From assembly GCA_951804945.1 (NCBI GenBank), contig OX638151.1:79980001-80044000 (forward strand): a DNA stretch of 64,000 nucleotides, read 5' to 3'. The notes under the pieces are model-generated. The model searched no databases and was not told where the DNA came from. It saw nothing but the letters and a program-made list of their open reading frames with translations. Shown in pieces: positions 50,669 through 62,603 of this stretch (its first letter is position 1; every line of letters starts with the position of its first letter). The stretch comes from Podarcis cretensis. Lineage: Eukaryota. The position numbers and the translations under genes are program-made.

Positions 50669-53009
50669 GTCTATACTGAGGACATTTCTGTGAAACCTCT
50701 TCAGAGAAGCACTGGGGAAATTGTGGACTTACAGCCCACCAGTTCCTCCCTCTGTATCCACTCCATATACCCTTTCTTCCTGCATCTGGAATTTGGGGCA
50801 AGGTGGGGAGAGCTGCTGAGATTGGCAACTGGGAAAGCCAGAGAAAGAAGATAGCATAGCCCTATCTTAGCTGTCCCTCTAAAAGCTGCTTAAAATACCA
50901 CTGGTGTAAGATTCTTTCTGCAGCAAATAACTTCTAGATTGGTTCTAAACCTCAATTACCTCTCTATAAAATGGGAACACAGGTGACCTTGCAAGACTGC
51001 TGTCAAGATAAAGAATGCACAGAATGCTCACTAGCATATGAATTTTGTAACTTCACATATGCCTCAGTGGCATTGATTGTGTTCCTAGTTATATTAAAAG
51101 TATCCATTCTGTGGGCAAAGTCAGCTGCTCCTGTGTAAAGGGAACCCTGTTGCTAATAGACATGCTGTTGGCCACCCACCCTTCACCTTTGCAGTTCCTG
51201 TGGGCCAAAAATGTTGGAATGGAAGGAAGATGACTATGCCCTAACTTCTCAGAACTATCTAAAGCTTTGGACAGTATTTCTGCTGTATGTGGAGACAACA
51301 GAGGGGAAGAAGATGGAAGAAGCTGGCATTTGGGTAGGCCATGGCTGCATTACAAAGAATTGCCTTTGTTTTCGTTGCCTGTCTACCTCTTGTCACCTTG
51401 GCCACCCCTTTCCATCTTCTTCTTCCATAATCTCTGCAATTTAGAATGCATTCTAGATCATAGGCTCTTTGGGGCAGGGACCTACCTGGGCCACTGATGT
51501 TACTTTGCCACCTACATTGATGGAGCTGCATAAATAAAATAAAAATCATAGTAAGAACAATTTGAGACAAGCATTGTAACACATACATGAATACCTGGGG
51601 AACTGCTGCCTCAGTGCGGTGATAGAATTGCACTCAATGGTCTAGAAGTGGTTAACAATATGCTTTCTTCTTCAGACAGCCCAAGGGCTGAAGAGCTGCT
51701 AAGAAACCACAGCACAGAGAATGAATATTCCGCATTGTTTAATTGAAACAGTTATGCCAATCTGTGCTACTGCAGACACCTCAGTTCACTAATGGACTGG
51801 CACCTGTATCTTTCAGGCTGCAGTCCTATACATAAGCCCCACGCTGAACTCAGTGGGACAGGCTTCTGAGTGCATATGTAAAGGATTGTCCTGCCAGCAG
51901 CTGAAGCGTTAATGTGCCTAGGGCATCCGATATACCCTCCCCTTTTCAAATTTGTTTCCCCCATGGATGATGTCAGATGTTTCTCTTTGACTTGGATGTC
52001 TAATCCAGGGCTATTACTGCCAGTTCTTTCTCCTTGTGTACGGCTAGGCATAGCTCTAGCCTCCTTTTTGTCAGTGTCCTTGCAAATGAGATAAGAGTAT
52101 ATGGCCTCTGGGTTGATGAAGCAACAGACACCAGCTCCTTGAAAAAAAAAAGAGGGGGGAAGAGGGAGAGGACCCAGTTCAAACTACTATGGCTACAGAT
52201 GATAATTAGACCATCTCCGGCAAGGTCCTGGGTGAACGTTTCTTTCTTTCTTTTTAATTGCACCTTCCCCTCCCCCCTTCAGTCCACCAGAAAAGAAAAG
52301 GTTGCATAGGTTTAATCACTGAGCTGAGAATAAGATTACCCCATGTAGGAGCCTGAAAGGAACAGCAGTATTGCAGCTAAAATGTGTTCAGCATGCTAAC
52401 AAGCCTTCAGCCTCAGTGCGCAGTGTCTGTGCATATAGACGACACAAGGAGCCTCAAGGAGTTGATGTTAAAAGGATTCTCACTTGGTGTTTCTCCCCAT
52501 GCTGTTGATTAGATTTTAATTAGACCACTCTGCCGTAGTAGTCCAAATTATATCCCAGTTTATCCCTGGCTGATGTTCACAAGAGTGATATATCACGGGC
52601 AGTAAGTAAACAAATCTTTCAAAGTGACTGGAGGTGAAAACGGAAACCTAAATCTCAGAAGCAATTCACGTTGGATAAGCACAATTGATAGAAAGCATTT
52701 TATTGTTATTCTTACATTAAAATTCCTGAGTGAGACAGTTGGCTGATTTTTATACATGGAAATTATTGTACGTGCAGATCCAGAAATCTCAAAGCAGTTT
52801 ACAGTCTTGCCCTAGCCAAGTTACTTTACACTACTGGAAAGAAATGTGTCATCTGGAACTGTTTTAGAATGCCAGGGAGATTGTTTGTATGAAAAGCGTC
52901 AAGAGTTCCATGCATGTGGAAAATTTACATGTCAGAAAGATTTTGACATGGACCACTTTCCAATAAGTGATTTGCACGCATGCACATACAGTGATCAGTG
53001 ATGCCCATT

Positions 53010-53040
53010 TCTTTCTTCTTTGGCAATCACTTGTAGCCTG
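53010..53040 (-). mobile_element. RTE-type LINE 3' tip
   Basis: TTCTTCTTTGGCAATCACTTGTAGCC, a (GAA)n-tailed RTE-like end; very short. Confidence 0.4.
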
Positions 53041-53629
53041 CTAGGAGATCTCTAGGGGGCTGGGCCAGTGAGAGGCCACAGAGGTGTGGCCAAGTTGTTC
53101 TGGTTTTCTCCCCATCCTCCTCCCTTGCAAAAATACTTAAGCTGCAACACTTAAGCATTGCAGTTTTACAAATGGTTAGCACCTAACTAAACTGAAAAGT
53201 GTCTTACTTTGGTTCAGAAGGGGTCCCTATTGTCACAGCTGCTTCTCTGCTGGGAGAAAAGTTATGTGTCCCTTGACCTGTTCTGGTTTTTTCCCTATCC
53301 TTCTCCTTTGCAAAGTTTTTTCAATACTAAGCACATTAAGTGTCTTGCGATGGAGGGGTGCCTGCTGCCACAATTTCTAAATGGGCTCATACCACAATAA
53401 TGATGTGTTGCTCAGAAGTAAGCCCCACTGAATTCTATAGGGATTGCTCCATGGTTAGTATGAATGTGGCTGCAGCCTGAATTGGATGCTCTTAAAGGAG
53501 ACATGCAGGGTAGTTAAAAAGGAACCCCATGAATTTCCAGACCAATGGGAGATAATTATTCCTTTCCTTCAGCTTATCCACTTCTGCAACTTTTTTGCCC
53601 CTCTAGAGTGTAGAATAAGCTAGAAGGAT

Positions 53630-53792
53630 ATTCAGTGGACTAAGATTTGGGACAGCAGAGTTAAAATCAGCCATGGAATTTACTGTGTAACTTGGGCCAG
53701 GTGCCATCTCTCAGCCTAATCTACCTCAAGATGGCATGAATGTCCTCTTGAGTTATTTGAAGGAAAAGTGGAATGGATATAAATATAATAAT
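53630..53792 (+). mobile_element. Decayed MIR/L2-partner-type SINE
   Basis: CTCTCAGCCTAATCTACCTCA core and GGATATAAAT tail. Confidence 0.5.
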
Positions 53793-53899
53793 TATAAATA
53801 AGAAACAATAAAACAGCCTCTCTCCAGATTCCCTGCCCCTGATTTTTTTGGGGGGCTGGAATCACAAAAAAACTTCATCAAATAAAACTCAAATTTAAA

Positions 53900-54108
53900 A
53901 AAATGACACACACCAAGGATATTCAGGCCTACAAAAATTGTAGAAGACAATCTGGCCCTATGTGGTTGAAGAATTGCATCACAATATTCAGACAAGTGCG
54001 AATTTTTTGTGGCAGCTGTGTTTCAGCTCGCATATTATTGCAGGAACTGAAAATTAAGTAGATTTGCATTAAAATGCAAATCAAACCAATTTTCTCTCCC
54101 ATCCCTAA
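53900..54108. mobile_element. Old non-autonomous element ending CCCATCCCTA
   Basis: Same terminus as the AT-rich block ending at about 14885 (CCCATCCCTA); left boundary approximate. Confidence 0.35.
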
Positions 54109-54524
54109 GTCAGTAACATTGGAGCTCTTCATCCACCTTACCCCCCCCCCCCCCAAGCCTGGCATCTTCCTTCAACTTAGAGACGTACGTTTTTCTCTTG
54201 CTGAGCTAATCTCTCTCCAAATCATTCCCACGAATGCTAAGTAGACCTACTAGTCCCAAAGGATCCCCTCCCCCCTCCTTCTGAACTTGGCATGTTTCTT
54301 AAGCTAAACATAAGTTTCAATGTCGCAAAGGACTTCCCTTTCCCTCCACACCTTTTTGTTTTCCTTATTTGGTAAGCTTAGAAACATTTTAGTAGATGCT
54401 TGATTCTATCATCTTTTTTAAATGTCTGTATTTACTAAGGTGCTGTGAAGTGTTCAGTGGTCCTTGCTTTGGCTCTTGCAGAAGCTCTGTAAAGATCCTA
54501 CTTCTCTTTGAATAAACACCCAAA

Positions 54525-54772
54525 CAGATCCACCCTGCGCCCCTCTCCCCAGTTGCCCAGTCTCAGGCGCGCAGGAGGGCAGAGCCGGCCAGCCACTTCA
54601 GCATCTCGCTGGCTCAGTTGCCCCCCAACTTGCGGTGCAGAGCTGCCGCGGTGCTCTGACCGATGGACTTCCCCGGACTTAACTCTCGGGCCCCGGACTC
54701 TTGGCCTGGTGCCCCTGAGAGCCTGGCATCCAGGTGCCGCACACCCTAGCACCTATGGATAAGATGGCCCTG
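54525..54772. mobile_element. GC-rich hAT MITE with perfect 8-bp TSD
   Basis: TSD CACCCAAA at 54517-54524 and 54773-54780; ends CAGATCCACCCT / AAGATGGCCCTG. Confidence 0.85.
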
Positions 54773-56547
54773 CACCCAAATCCCGCGAGGCACTTTGCCT
54801 CAGCTTGGGAGTTGTCCAACTCAAATTCTGACCTGGGGACTGATAGAGCAGTTAGGCTTTGAATTCTTGAAAGATCAGGCTTAATCACAGGCTTTACCTA
54901 AGAAGAAACATCACACACACAAAAACTGGTTAAGTGAAGCAAATGTTTATGGACCAGTGACAGCAAAGAGCACTGTATCACATTTTAGTACGCTTTAGTA
55001 TTAATGGCTTATTCACCTAACCTGATCTTCCTCTCTCTAACTGGCAGGTGGAACAGCTATAAAAGTACAGGTCCCTTCTCCCTTGTCTTCCTTCCCACTG
55101 TGGAGATGCAACTCGTCATCTCAGGTGTCATGTTTGTGACAAATGCTGGAGGCTGATCATCAGCTTGGATTCCCTACTGGGCAAGAGGGCAGCACATATT
55201 GCAACATGTAGGAAGAGAGAGAGAATATGTGATTGTGGAGTTTAGGGAGCAAAAAATGTAAATCTGTGCCACAACACCATAGCAATTCTCTCTCTCTTTT
55301 TACTATGTATTCAGATCCAGACTGTGCAAATAACAACTTTTCTGAAGTCACAGGTGTGGAAATTGCATGTTATTTCCACACTATGGGAAATAATTGGATT
55401 ATCATAGTGTAGCACTGTGAATATCAACCATTATTTGTTTTATCCTTTCGTTGTTGCACAGATCTATGGACGATCTCTGTTCAGCACAGAGAAGGAGCAG
55501 GGGAAAATACTGTTGATTATCACATAGTCCACACCACTAATTGTATATTCGTTTCAACGAATGGTTCCAGTTTTAGAATTTTGCAGTTATTTGATAACAA
55601 GAGCAGGTCAATATTATCTTTTCTCCTTGCACAGTTCATAAATGCTGTCATTGTGTAGAGTTACACATAAGCCCTGCTGGAAACTGCACATAAATAAATC
55701 TAATGTGCTATTTAAAAATATGAGGTATGCTGCAATTTTTATCATCTAAAAAATAAATAAATACCAAAAGGTCTAGCAGCATGTAAAATTAAATCTGCTG
55801 TTTGCAAATATTAAACAACAATTTGGCACCGAAAATGGGGAAAGAAGAAATCTATAGATGTGTGATAAAATGAGGATTATTTCTAACCAATGAGCTTTCA
55901 ATTTATTACTTAACTAAACAGGGCAATGAAGCATCCACATTTTACACCTGGAGCTATCCTACTTTCAATTTTCTGTACTGCTGCTGGCATTAATCAGCTG
56001 AACTGTTAAAATCACCAAAGAAAAACAGATTAAATGGTTCTTTAAATAGATGATAAATGTATAATTCATATGCTAAAACATTTTGTGCCACACCCAGTAA
56101 TATCATCTTCAGAAGGAGCTTCATTCAAAAAAATCTCCCTCCAGTTTCCAATTTGCCATTAGAATAAAAGCCACATTTTTTGTTGTATCATTGCTCTAGA
56201 GAACCAAGAGATTCCCAAATGGTGTTTTCTTTCAGCTATAGTGGTGTTAGTTGTCTAGAAAGCATCCAGGATCCTACCTCATTTGTCCAGCACTTGCATT
56301 GTTATTTGTTTAGCTCCTTGGCATCAGGAACCAGAATTTTATTTTCTAGAAGCAGCACAGAAATACTCTGATGGTTAAAAATCAACCATATCTAGCAAGC
56401 AATTTAATTAAACTCCCTTAAAAGGGAGGAGGAGGGAAGAGAGAAAGATTTTCCTAACTGTAAACTATCACAGCAGAGATGATGATCTTTATTGTGCTGA
56501 GTTCATCACTGATATGTCAGCAATAATGATGCTGCCTCTTTTCTTGA

Positions 56548-56630
56548 GCCCAGTGTGCTCAGAAGAGTTGGCCTGGATGTGGGAAACCTGGGTTCGAATC
56601 CAGACACAGACACACTTGAGCAAGTCACAT
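56548..56630 (+). mobile_element. tRNA-derived SINE fragment
   Basis: Intact B box GGTTCGAATCC followed by CTTGAGCAAGTCAC (MIR/CORE-like). Confidence 0.6.
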
Positions 56631-56898
56631 TCTCTTAACCTAATGGACACTGCGGAGTTGCCATGAAGCTCTAAAATGGCTCTCCAAAGCAGGAGGGTAT
56701 TAGAACTGCTTCCAAATTTTCCCCAAAGTGAAATGTGATGTGAGTTAGGAGCTTCCAGTTTGGGAAAACATTCCAGGAATTATTAATGAGTTTTAGTGAA
56801 GAATGCTGCTCTCAAGACTATTTTCAAAACATACTAAGTGATATAAATCAATAAAAAAGAAGTTGTTCATGATACATCAAAACTTGAGTAACTGAAAT

Positions 56899-57000
56899 AC
56901 AAAGACAATATATTTTTTGTCCCTGATGTGGTGGTATCCCCAACTGCAGCATTGTCCAGGGACACCACCACATCAGGGACAAAAATTATATTGTTTATGT
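56899..57000. repeat. Near-perfect hairpin, 36-bp core arms, 18-nt loop
   Basis: 56905-56940 versus 56959-56994, 2 mismatches. Confidence 0.95.
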
Positions 57001-59664
57001 GATCTTCCACACAGGGTAAAAAACTACTTTTGGAAATATAGTGGAATCTAGTAGAAGGTGTGCCCTCATGTCCATGTTAATTGCTTCCAGGAAGAAATCT
57101 GTTTGCAACCCCAAATAGCTCAGGAAATCAAACGAGTTTTGTGCTGTAATTTCACACGACGAAATTGGGGGTGGTGCTCTGGCATACAATTTTTTCCAGC
57201 ATGTAAAAGTCCTTCCCTGATGGCTCCAAGCCATGTGGAAACATATAGTCCCACCTGAATGAGCTGTGGTCCTTGTAAGCAGGGAGAGATAATGTAGGAA
57301 CTGATGGGGATCATAAGAACTCACCCTTGGCATGGCCTTTTAAATACCTTCTCTGATGGCTTTAGCAACTTTTATCCACTGTTGGATTGGCATCGATATA
57401 TGTGACTCCCAGGCATAAGAACAGTAGATCCAATTATTTGGCAATGTGTGCTTCACATCTATCAAACCTCTCATGTTTGTTTTTGCATTTGCTTTAACTG
57501 TGATGGGTTTCCAATTGAGAGTCTGGCATGCTATTTTGGCAATGATACTCTTTGTCTAAAGATGGTATTTACAGCCTGCATTAGTATGAGATAATCACTG
57601 CTTGCTTGAATTGACAGCGGATCCCCACCTTGTTGCTGAGTCATATTTAGCCATCTGTATATGTTTTATGGTGCCATTTATTATCTGTTTAGCTGCACCA
57701 GCAGGGTGCTACTATTCTGTTTTGTCAATATGCTGACTCTTACCATGTTTCAGTCTTAGGATGCAAACACAATTGCAGAAAGTGTTGGAATAAACTTCTT
57801 GAAATCAATTCCCCCCCCCCGACTCATGCAAAATCTTTCATAGGTGTCTTGCTCATTATTGATCTGTCATCATACATTTCTGCGTAACGCTTAACACTGC
57901 TGAGGTTCATTTCATTTTTGTGTTTAGTCTTCATTCATGGTCAGTTCTTGCTGTTCTCTGTACGTCTAAACCGTGTTGACTTTGCAGAATAAAATAAAGT
58001 ACAAGGGAAAATTGGCCATCAGCTGAACACCATAGGGGGTCAGGAGTCACTGCTCATCCTAGGTCAAACAACTACAGATTACAGTCACTGGGGCTGGCAG
58101 TAAAGAATGTCTGTGCAAGCAGGATAATCTTTAACAGTGTCCCTCCAGCATGGATTCCTTTGCCAAGCTGAACACAGGGTCAAAACAAGGCTCATGGAAA
58201 TGCAACCCTTTCTCAAAAAGCTCAGATAAATAGCTTGGTTTATTGGGACTACAATTCCAAACCAAATTCTGATTTTGTAAAAAAAAAAACCAACCCACCA
58301 ACCCCCCCCCCCCCCATGATTGGAAGACAACTGTGTCTTCAGTCTCTGCGTATCTTCAGTCCTGACCCCCACCTCCATCATCAATCTAAAAATCCCTCTT
58401 TCCTATCCACCCCCACCTGCTTACCTCCCCATCACTCCACTCCTTACTTTCCCCTCTGTTGTAACAAATGGTAGCAGGAGGAAGGGAGGAGGGTCTCTTC
58501 ATATCTTCACCAGTAATGGTTGACATACCATTTCCCAAGTCCTGAAATCTATGTCAGATAAGAATTTTGGGCCCACAATTCTAGTCTTGTATTTGAATAT
58601 CTAACTCTGAAACTAGACATGTCGTCACTACCTCTAGCTTAGAGTAATAAACTAGACAACTGAGTAGAAACAGACTGGAACCCTCAACCTCTTATTTTGC
58701 AGAGACAACCAATTATCTTCTTTATCTTATAAATTACACAGGTTTCTCCTGCCATATGAGGATAGAAAAGGTTTTCTGTCACCAGCAGTGCATCGACATC
58801 TCAGATCTAATTGTATGTCTAGCAACCAACACTTCTCATAACCAGAACCATGGACATAGCCAGTATTTTTGTTAGGGGGCAGGCTTTTGTGGGGGGCAGG
58901 GTGGCGCAGAACCTCAGATTTGTATTGATTTGCATGTATTTTTATTGATTGGGAGGGCAGCATGCCCAGGACAGAAGCAAAGACAGATGTGCTAAACAGA
59001 CCTGGAAGCAGAGGGTCAGGAATGCATGTCAGTATTCAGAAGGGCACAGGATACAGTACAACTACATCATATATACATTTCCAGCATTTGGTAGGCAAAC
59101 TTAGTTGCTGCTGAGGATACACTGGGTATCATTAGAAATTCTCTGAGACTAATTTGCCTGTTAAAATATTAATTTTCCTATCAGACAGGCTGGCTGTGAA
59201 AAATCACATTAGATAAACACAGGAATACTGTGCCAGACTCATATAACAACTAGGGGTTTTGGCACCAGTTGGCACCAGATACAGTGTGTTAAATCAGTGA
59301 TGCAATCTATGTTAGTGCTACGATGGTAGTAACAGCCAAAACTGCCAGATACAACTCCATAGAAAGTGAGTTGACATGGAACACAACAGGCTTAAAGAAA
59401 GGGGCAAAAATGGAGATGACTCACCCACAGAAACAATCCTTGAAAACCCCCACAAAGTTTCAGCACCAGAGTACAGTACCAGCTTTGTTTCTTCAACCTT
59501 ATTAGTGCTGTATTAGAGTCTAATAATGACGAGACTGTACAAATGAATGCAAAACTGGTCAGCCGCTTGCAGGAATTTGCCCATCTTTCCTTACGACCAA
59601 TGCTATTGTAGCCACACCACCGTGAACCCGATGATGCTCTGTTAAAGCTGTGTGTAGATCTTTT

Positions 59665-60340
59665 TATTCATTCATTCATTCATTCATTCATTCAAAACAG
59701 GCATGTCCAACTCCCAAGAGGCTGTGATCTACTCCCAGTATTAAAAAAAACCTGGCAGTGATCTACCCATTGTGGAGATCTACCCATTGTCATTGGAGGG
59801 GGAAGGAGCGTGGGTGGAGTGGGTGGATTCCCCAGAGTTGTTGAGCTTTTTGGGAGGCGGACTGCACAAAGTTTTTTAGCTTTCCCCCCATAAATTTTGT
59901 ACATGATAAGGATCCTGCAATCTACCAGGATCAGCTGGGGATCTACCGGTAGTTCACAATCTACTGGTTGGACATCCCTGATTTAAAATATTTATATACC
60001 TCATTTCACATAAGTACCAAAGCAGTGCACCATAATAAAATACACCAAATTTACAAGAGGGGATTAGTGTCAAATAAATGCTTTGGTAAGGGGCTATGTC
60101 TTTAATTGGTGGAGGTACGGGTCAGAGTGGGGGAAACTGTTCCTCAAGGCAAGTGCCACCACTGCAGAGAATGCCTTATTCCTGGTTGCCACCAGATGGA
60201 CCATTGAAGGCTGTGGCACCACCAAGAGGTGCTCCCCTGAAGAATGGCCAAGTTAATATGCAAGAAGACACTGTCTTGGATACCCAGGTCCCAAGTTGTT
60301 TAGGGCTTCATAAATGGGTAGCAAACCTATGGGCTTGGGA
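59665..60340 (-). mobile_element. L2 3' portion with (TTCA)n tail, interrupted by a MITE
   Basis: TTCA tail; GTGCCACCACTGCAGAGAATGCC; CCAGGTCCCAAGTTGTTTAGGGCTT (ALNNLGPGY on the minus strand). Confidence 0.7.
59698..59980. mobile_element. hAT MITE (GATCTAC family)
   Basis: TIR CAGGCATGTCCAAC / GTTGGACATCCCTG; TSD ATTCAAAA / ATTTAAAA; related to 50304-50668 in the opposite orientation. Confidence 0.9.
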
Positions 60341-61808
60341 GGTTCATAAAACCACTCTTCTTGCAAAAACATTTTTACTACTGGTGCCTGGGGAGATGAA
60401 TCCTGAATTCTTAGAAGTAGTGGTTGAAGAAAAATGCTCACTAGCATGTGTGCTGTGCAGATTAGTTTTTACAGTAATTGAGAGACCAGTCTACAAAGAC
60501 ACTCATATATTTTACAGTAGGCCATTTCAACTCTGCCGCTCCACACCTGTCTTTGGAGAAAACTATTTTCATTACTCCAGTTGAATAATCAGATGATATT
60601 CTGAAATATAAGAATTATTGCTTCCTTCTCTTTGTAATATCAGTGTGTTTAATGTTTTCTGAATTCTATGAAGCAAAACCACACCTGTTTTCTTTTAAAA
60701 TGCCCTGTCTTCTGAATTATATGCATTAAATGAAAATGAATGGAATTAATTAGGCTTTGCAAAAAAAAATATTCATAATAATAATCAATTATTTTTTTAT
60801 GGAAAGAATGATCTGCTTCTAAATGTTTCCTTTTTAAATGTAAGAGTAACCTATATTTCATATAGCACAGAAATGGATGAATTAGCTCATCCATTATACC
60901 TTTTCAGCTAAATTATCTTTTTAATCTCTGGTCTTTACCAGAATTTTAATCTTTCCTTGTAATACCTGTAGCCACATGTCTTCAATCATTTTTGCTCCCT
61001 TTCTTTCTCTGAGCTGTGTCTATATTTTGCAGTCTCGTTTTAAAATGAGATGGGCCAACTCTGAAAATGGCATTCAAGGACATAAGGTTATCATTGATTT
61101 ATATTATGGCAGTATATTATTATACATATTGTTCCCTCTCGCCTGCATTTATTACTTTTTGACTGTCATTATGTTCCCAGGAGACATCTTCATTCACCAG
61201 TCCACCGTGACACCTAAAACTTGCTAGAAAGTCCAATATCTAACATTTCCCATTTTTTTCAAGATCAAAAATGTGCTGCTTTTACCCGGCACAGATCCAG
61301 GGCTGAGTAATCCTTTCATAGCCCAGAACTTTGAATCTGAAACCAAGTCTTCAGTGTTTAATTAGAAACATATAAAACTACCTAGTTCACTTAAAGAGAA
61401 ATAATACATGAAAGATGATAGTTTTAGATCCACAATTATTTCATCATTCTACCAACCTTCAGCTAAGTCTTGCTGAGATTAAAGTGCTATAACCTATAAA
61501 TATGTCTTAGTTACAGCCATCCTGCTGATATATCTACATTTTAACCAAGTGACTAGAGAAGTTTTTCTTCCTCACACCTGACTTGCTCAGCCATAAATAT
61601 ACAAAGTGGCTTCAGGCAAAACATCTTTTGACCTCAGTTCACTTGTCTCCGAAACAGGAACAAGTGGGGGAATAGTTGTGACACCGAGTTCTGTCCCTCC
61701 ATACCATCCGAATGAGATGAGGCTGTGCTTGAAGACCACCACTGGCTGAGGGCCTGCTCTAGATGAAGTCACACTCTCCTCTGCAGTAGTGGGTTCAGTT
61801 TCTAGTAG

Positions 61809-61809
<1 letters not shown>

Positions 61810-61846
<37 letters not shown>
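61810..61846. repeat. (GT)n microsatellite
   Basis: Directly visible. Confidence 0.95.
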
Positions 61847-61850
<4 letters not shown>

Positions 61851-61927
61851 TCTTGGTTCAACATTGTCACTGGACAAATCACTTGGCACTGTTTACAGGT
61901 AGGAATTGAAAGGGCCCTTAGTTTATA

Positions 61928-62012
61928 CAGTCGAACCTTGGAATTCGAACGGCTTAGTTGCCAAACGTTTTGGCTCCTGAACGATCAAAAACCGGAAGTG
62001 AGTGTTCCAGTT
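61928..62012. mobile_element. Tigger-like MITE, one end only
   Basis: TA|CAGTCGAACCTTGG...CGAACGG...AACCGGAAGTGAGTGTTCC. Confidence 0.6.
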
Positions 62013-62077
62013 GCACAGGGCAGCATTTTACCAAAGTCTGCCCCTGCTCTGGGGATCTCACATTCATGACTAAAATA

Positions 62078-62336
62078 CCGGGTTTTTTGCTCTATAAGAC
62101 TCACTTTTTCCCTCCTAAAAAGTAAGGGGAAATGTGTGTGCATTTTATGGAGCGAATGCAGGCTGTGCAGCTATCACAGAAGCCAGAACAGCAAGAGGGA
62201 TTGCTGCTTTCACTGCACAGCGATCCCTCTTGCTGTTCTGGCTTCTGAGATTCAGAATATTTTTTTTCTTGTTTTCCTCCTCCAAAAACTAGGTGCGTCT
62301 TGTGTTCTGGTGCATCTTATAGTGCGAAAAATACTG
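62078..62336. mobile_element. Tc2/pogo-type MITE
   Basis: TA TSDs; TIRs CCGGGTTTTTTGCTCTATAAGA / TCTTATAGTGCGAAAAATACTG; internal 30-bp hairpin. Confidence 0.85.
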
Positions 62337-62447
62337 TAATTTCAAATCATTTGGGAGTCATGCCACTGAAACAACTTCTTTCCTCATCTTCCTCGGTTTC
62401 TACTTTGGGGTCTGTGGGTCAGTGATTTAGAAGACTTCTGAAGGCAG

Positions 62448-62558
62448 CCCTGTTTAGAGAAGCTTTTAATGTTTAATAGGTTATTGTATTTTAGTGTTTT
62501 GTTGGAAGCTGCCCAGAGTGGCTAGGGAAACCCAGCCAGATGGGCGAGGTATAAATAA

Positions 62559-62603
<45 letters not shown>
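62448..62603 (+). mobile_element. L2-type 3' end with (ATT)n tail
   Basis: GCCCTGTTTAGAGAAGC...GGAAGCTGCCCAGAGTGGCTAGGGAAACCCAGCCAGATGGGCGAGGTATAAATAA(ATT)n. Confidence 0.8.

Noticed and set aside
50252-50854. ORFs of 68-162 aa
   Set aside because: Overlap a non-autonomous hAT MITE and show no transposase similarity
56592-56602. tRNA-like B box
   Set aside because: No cloverleaf; this is a SINE head
60096-60584. 162-aa ORF
   Set aside because: Antisense to a decayed L2
61587-61889. 100-aa ORF or exon
   Set aside because: Runs through a (CA)n repeat, lacks an acceptor tract and has no recognised homology
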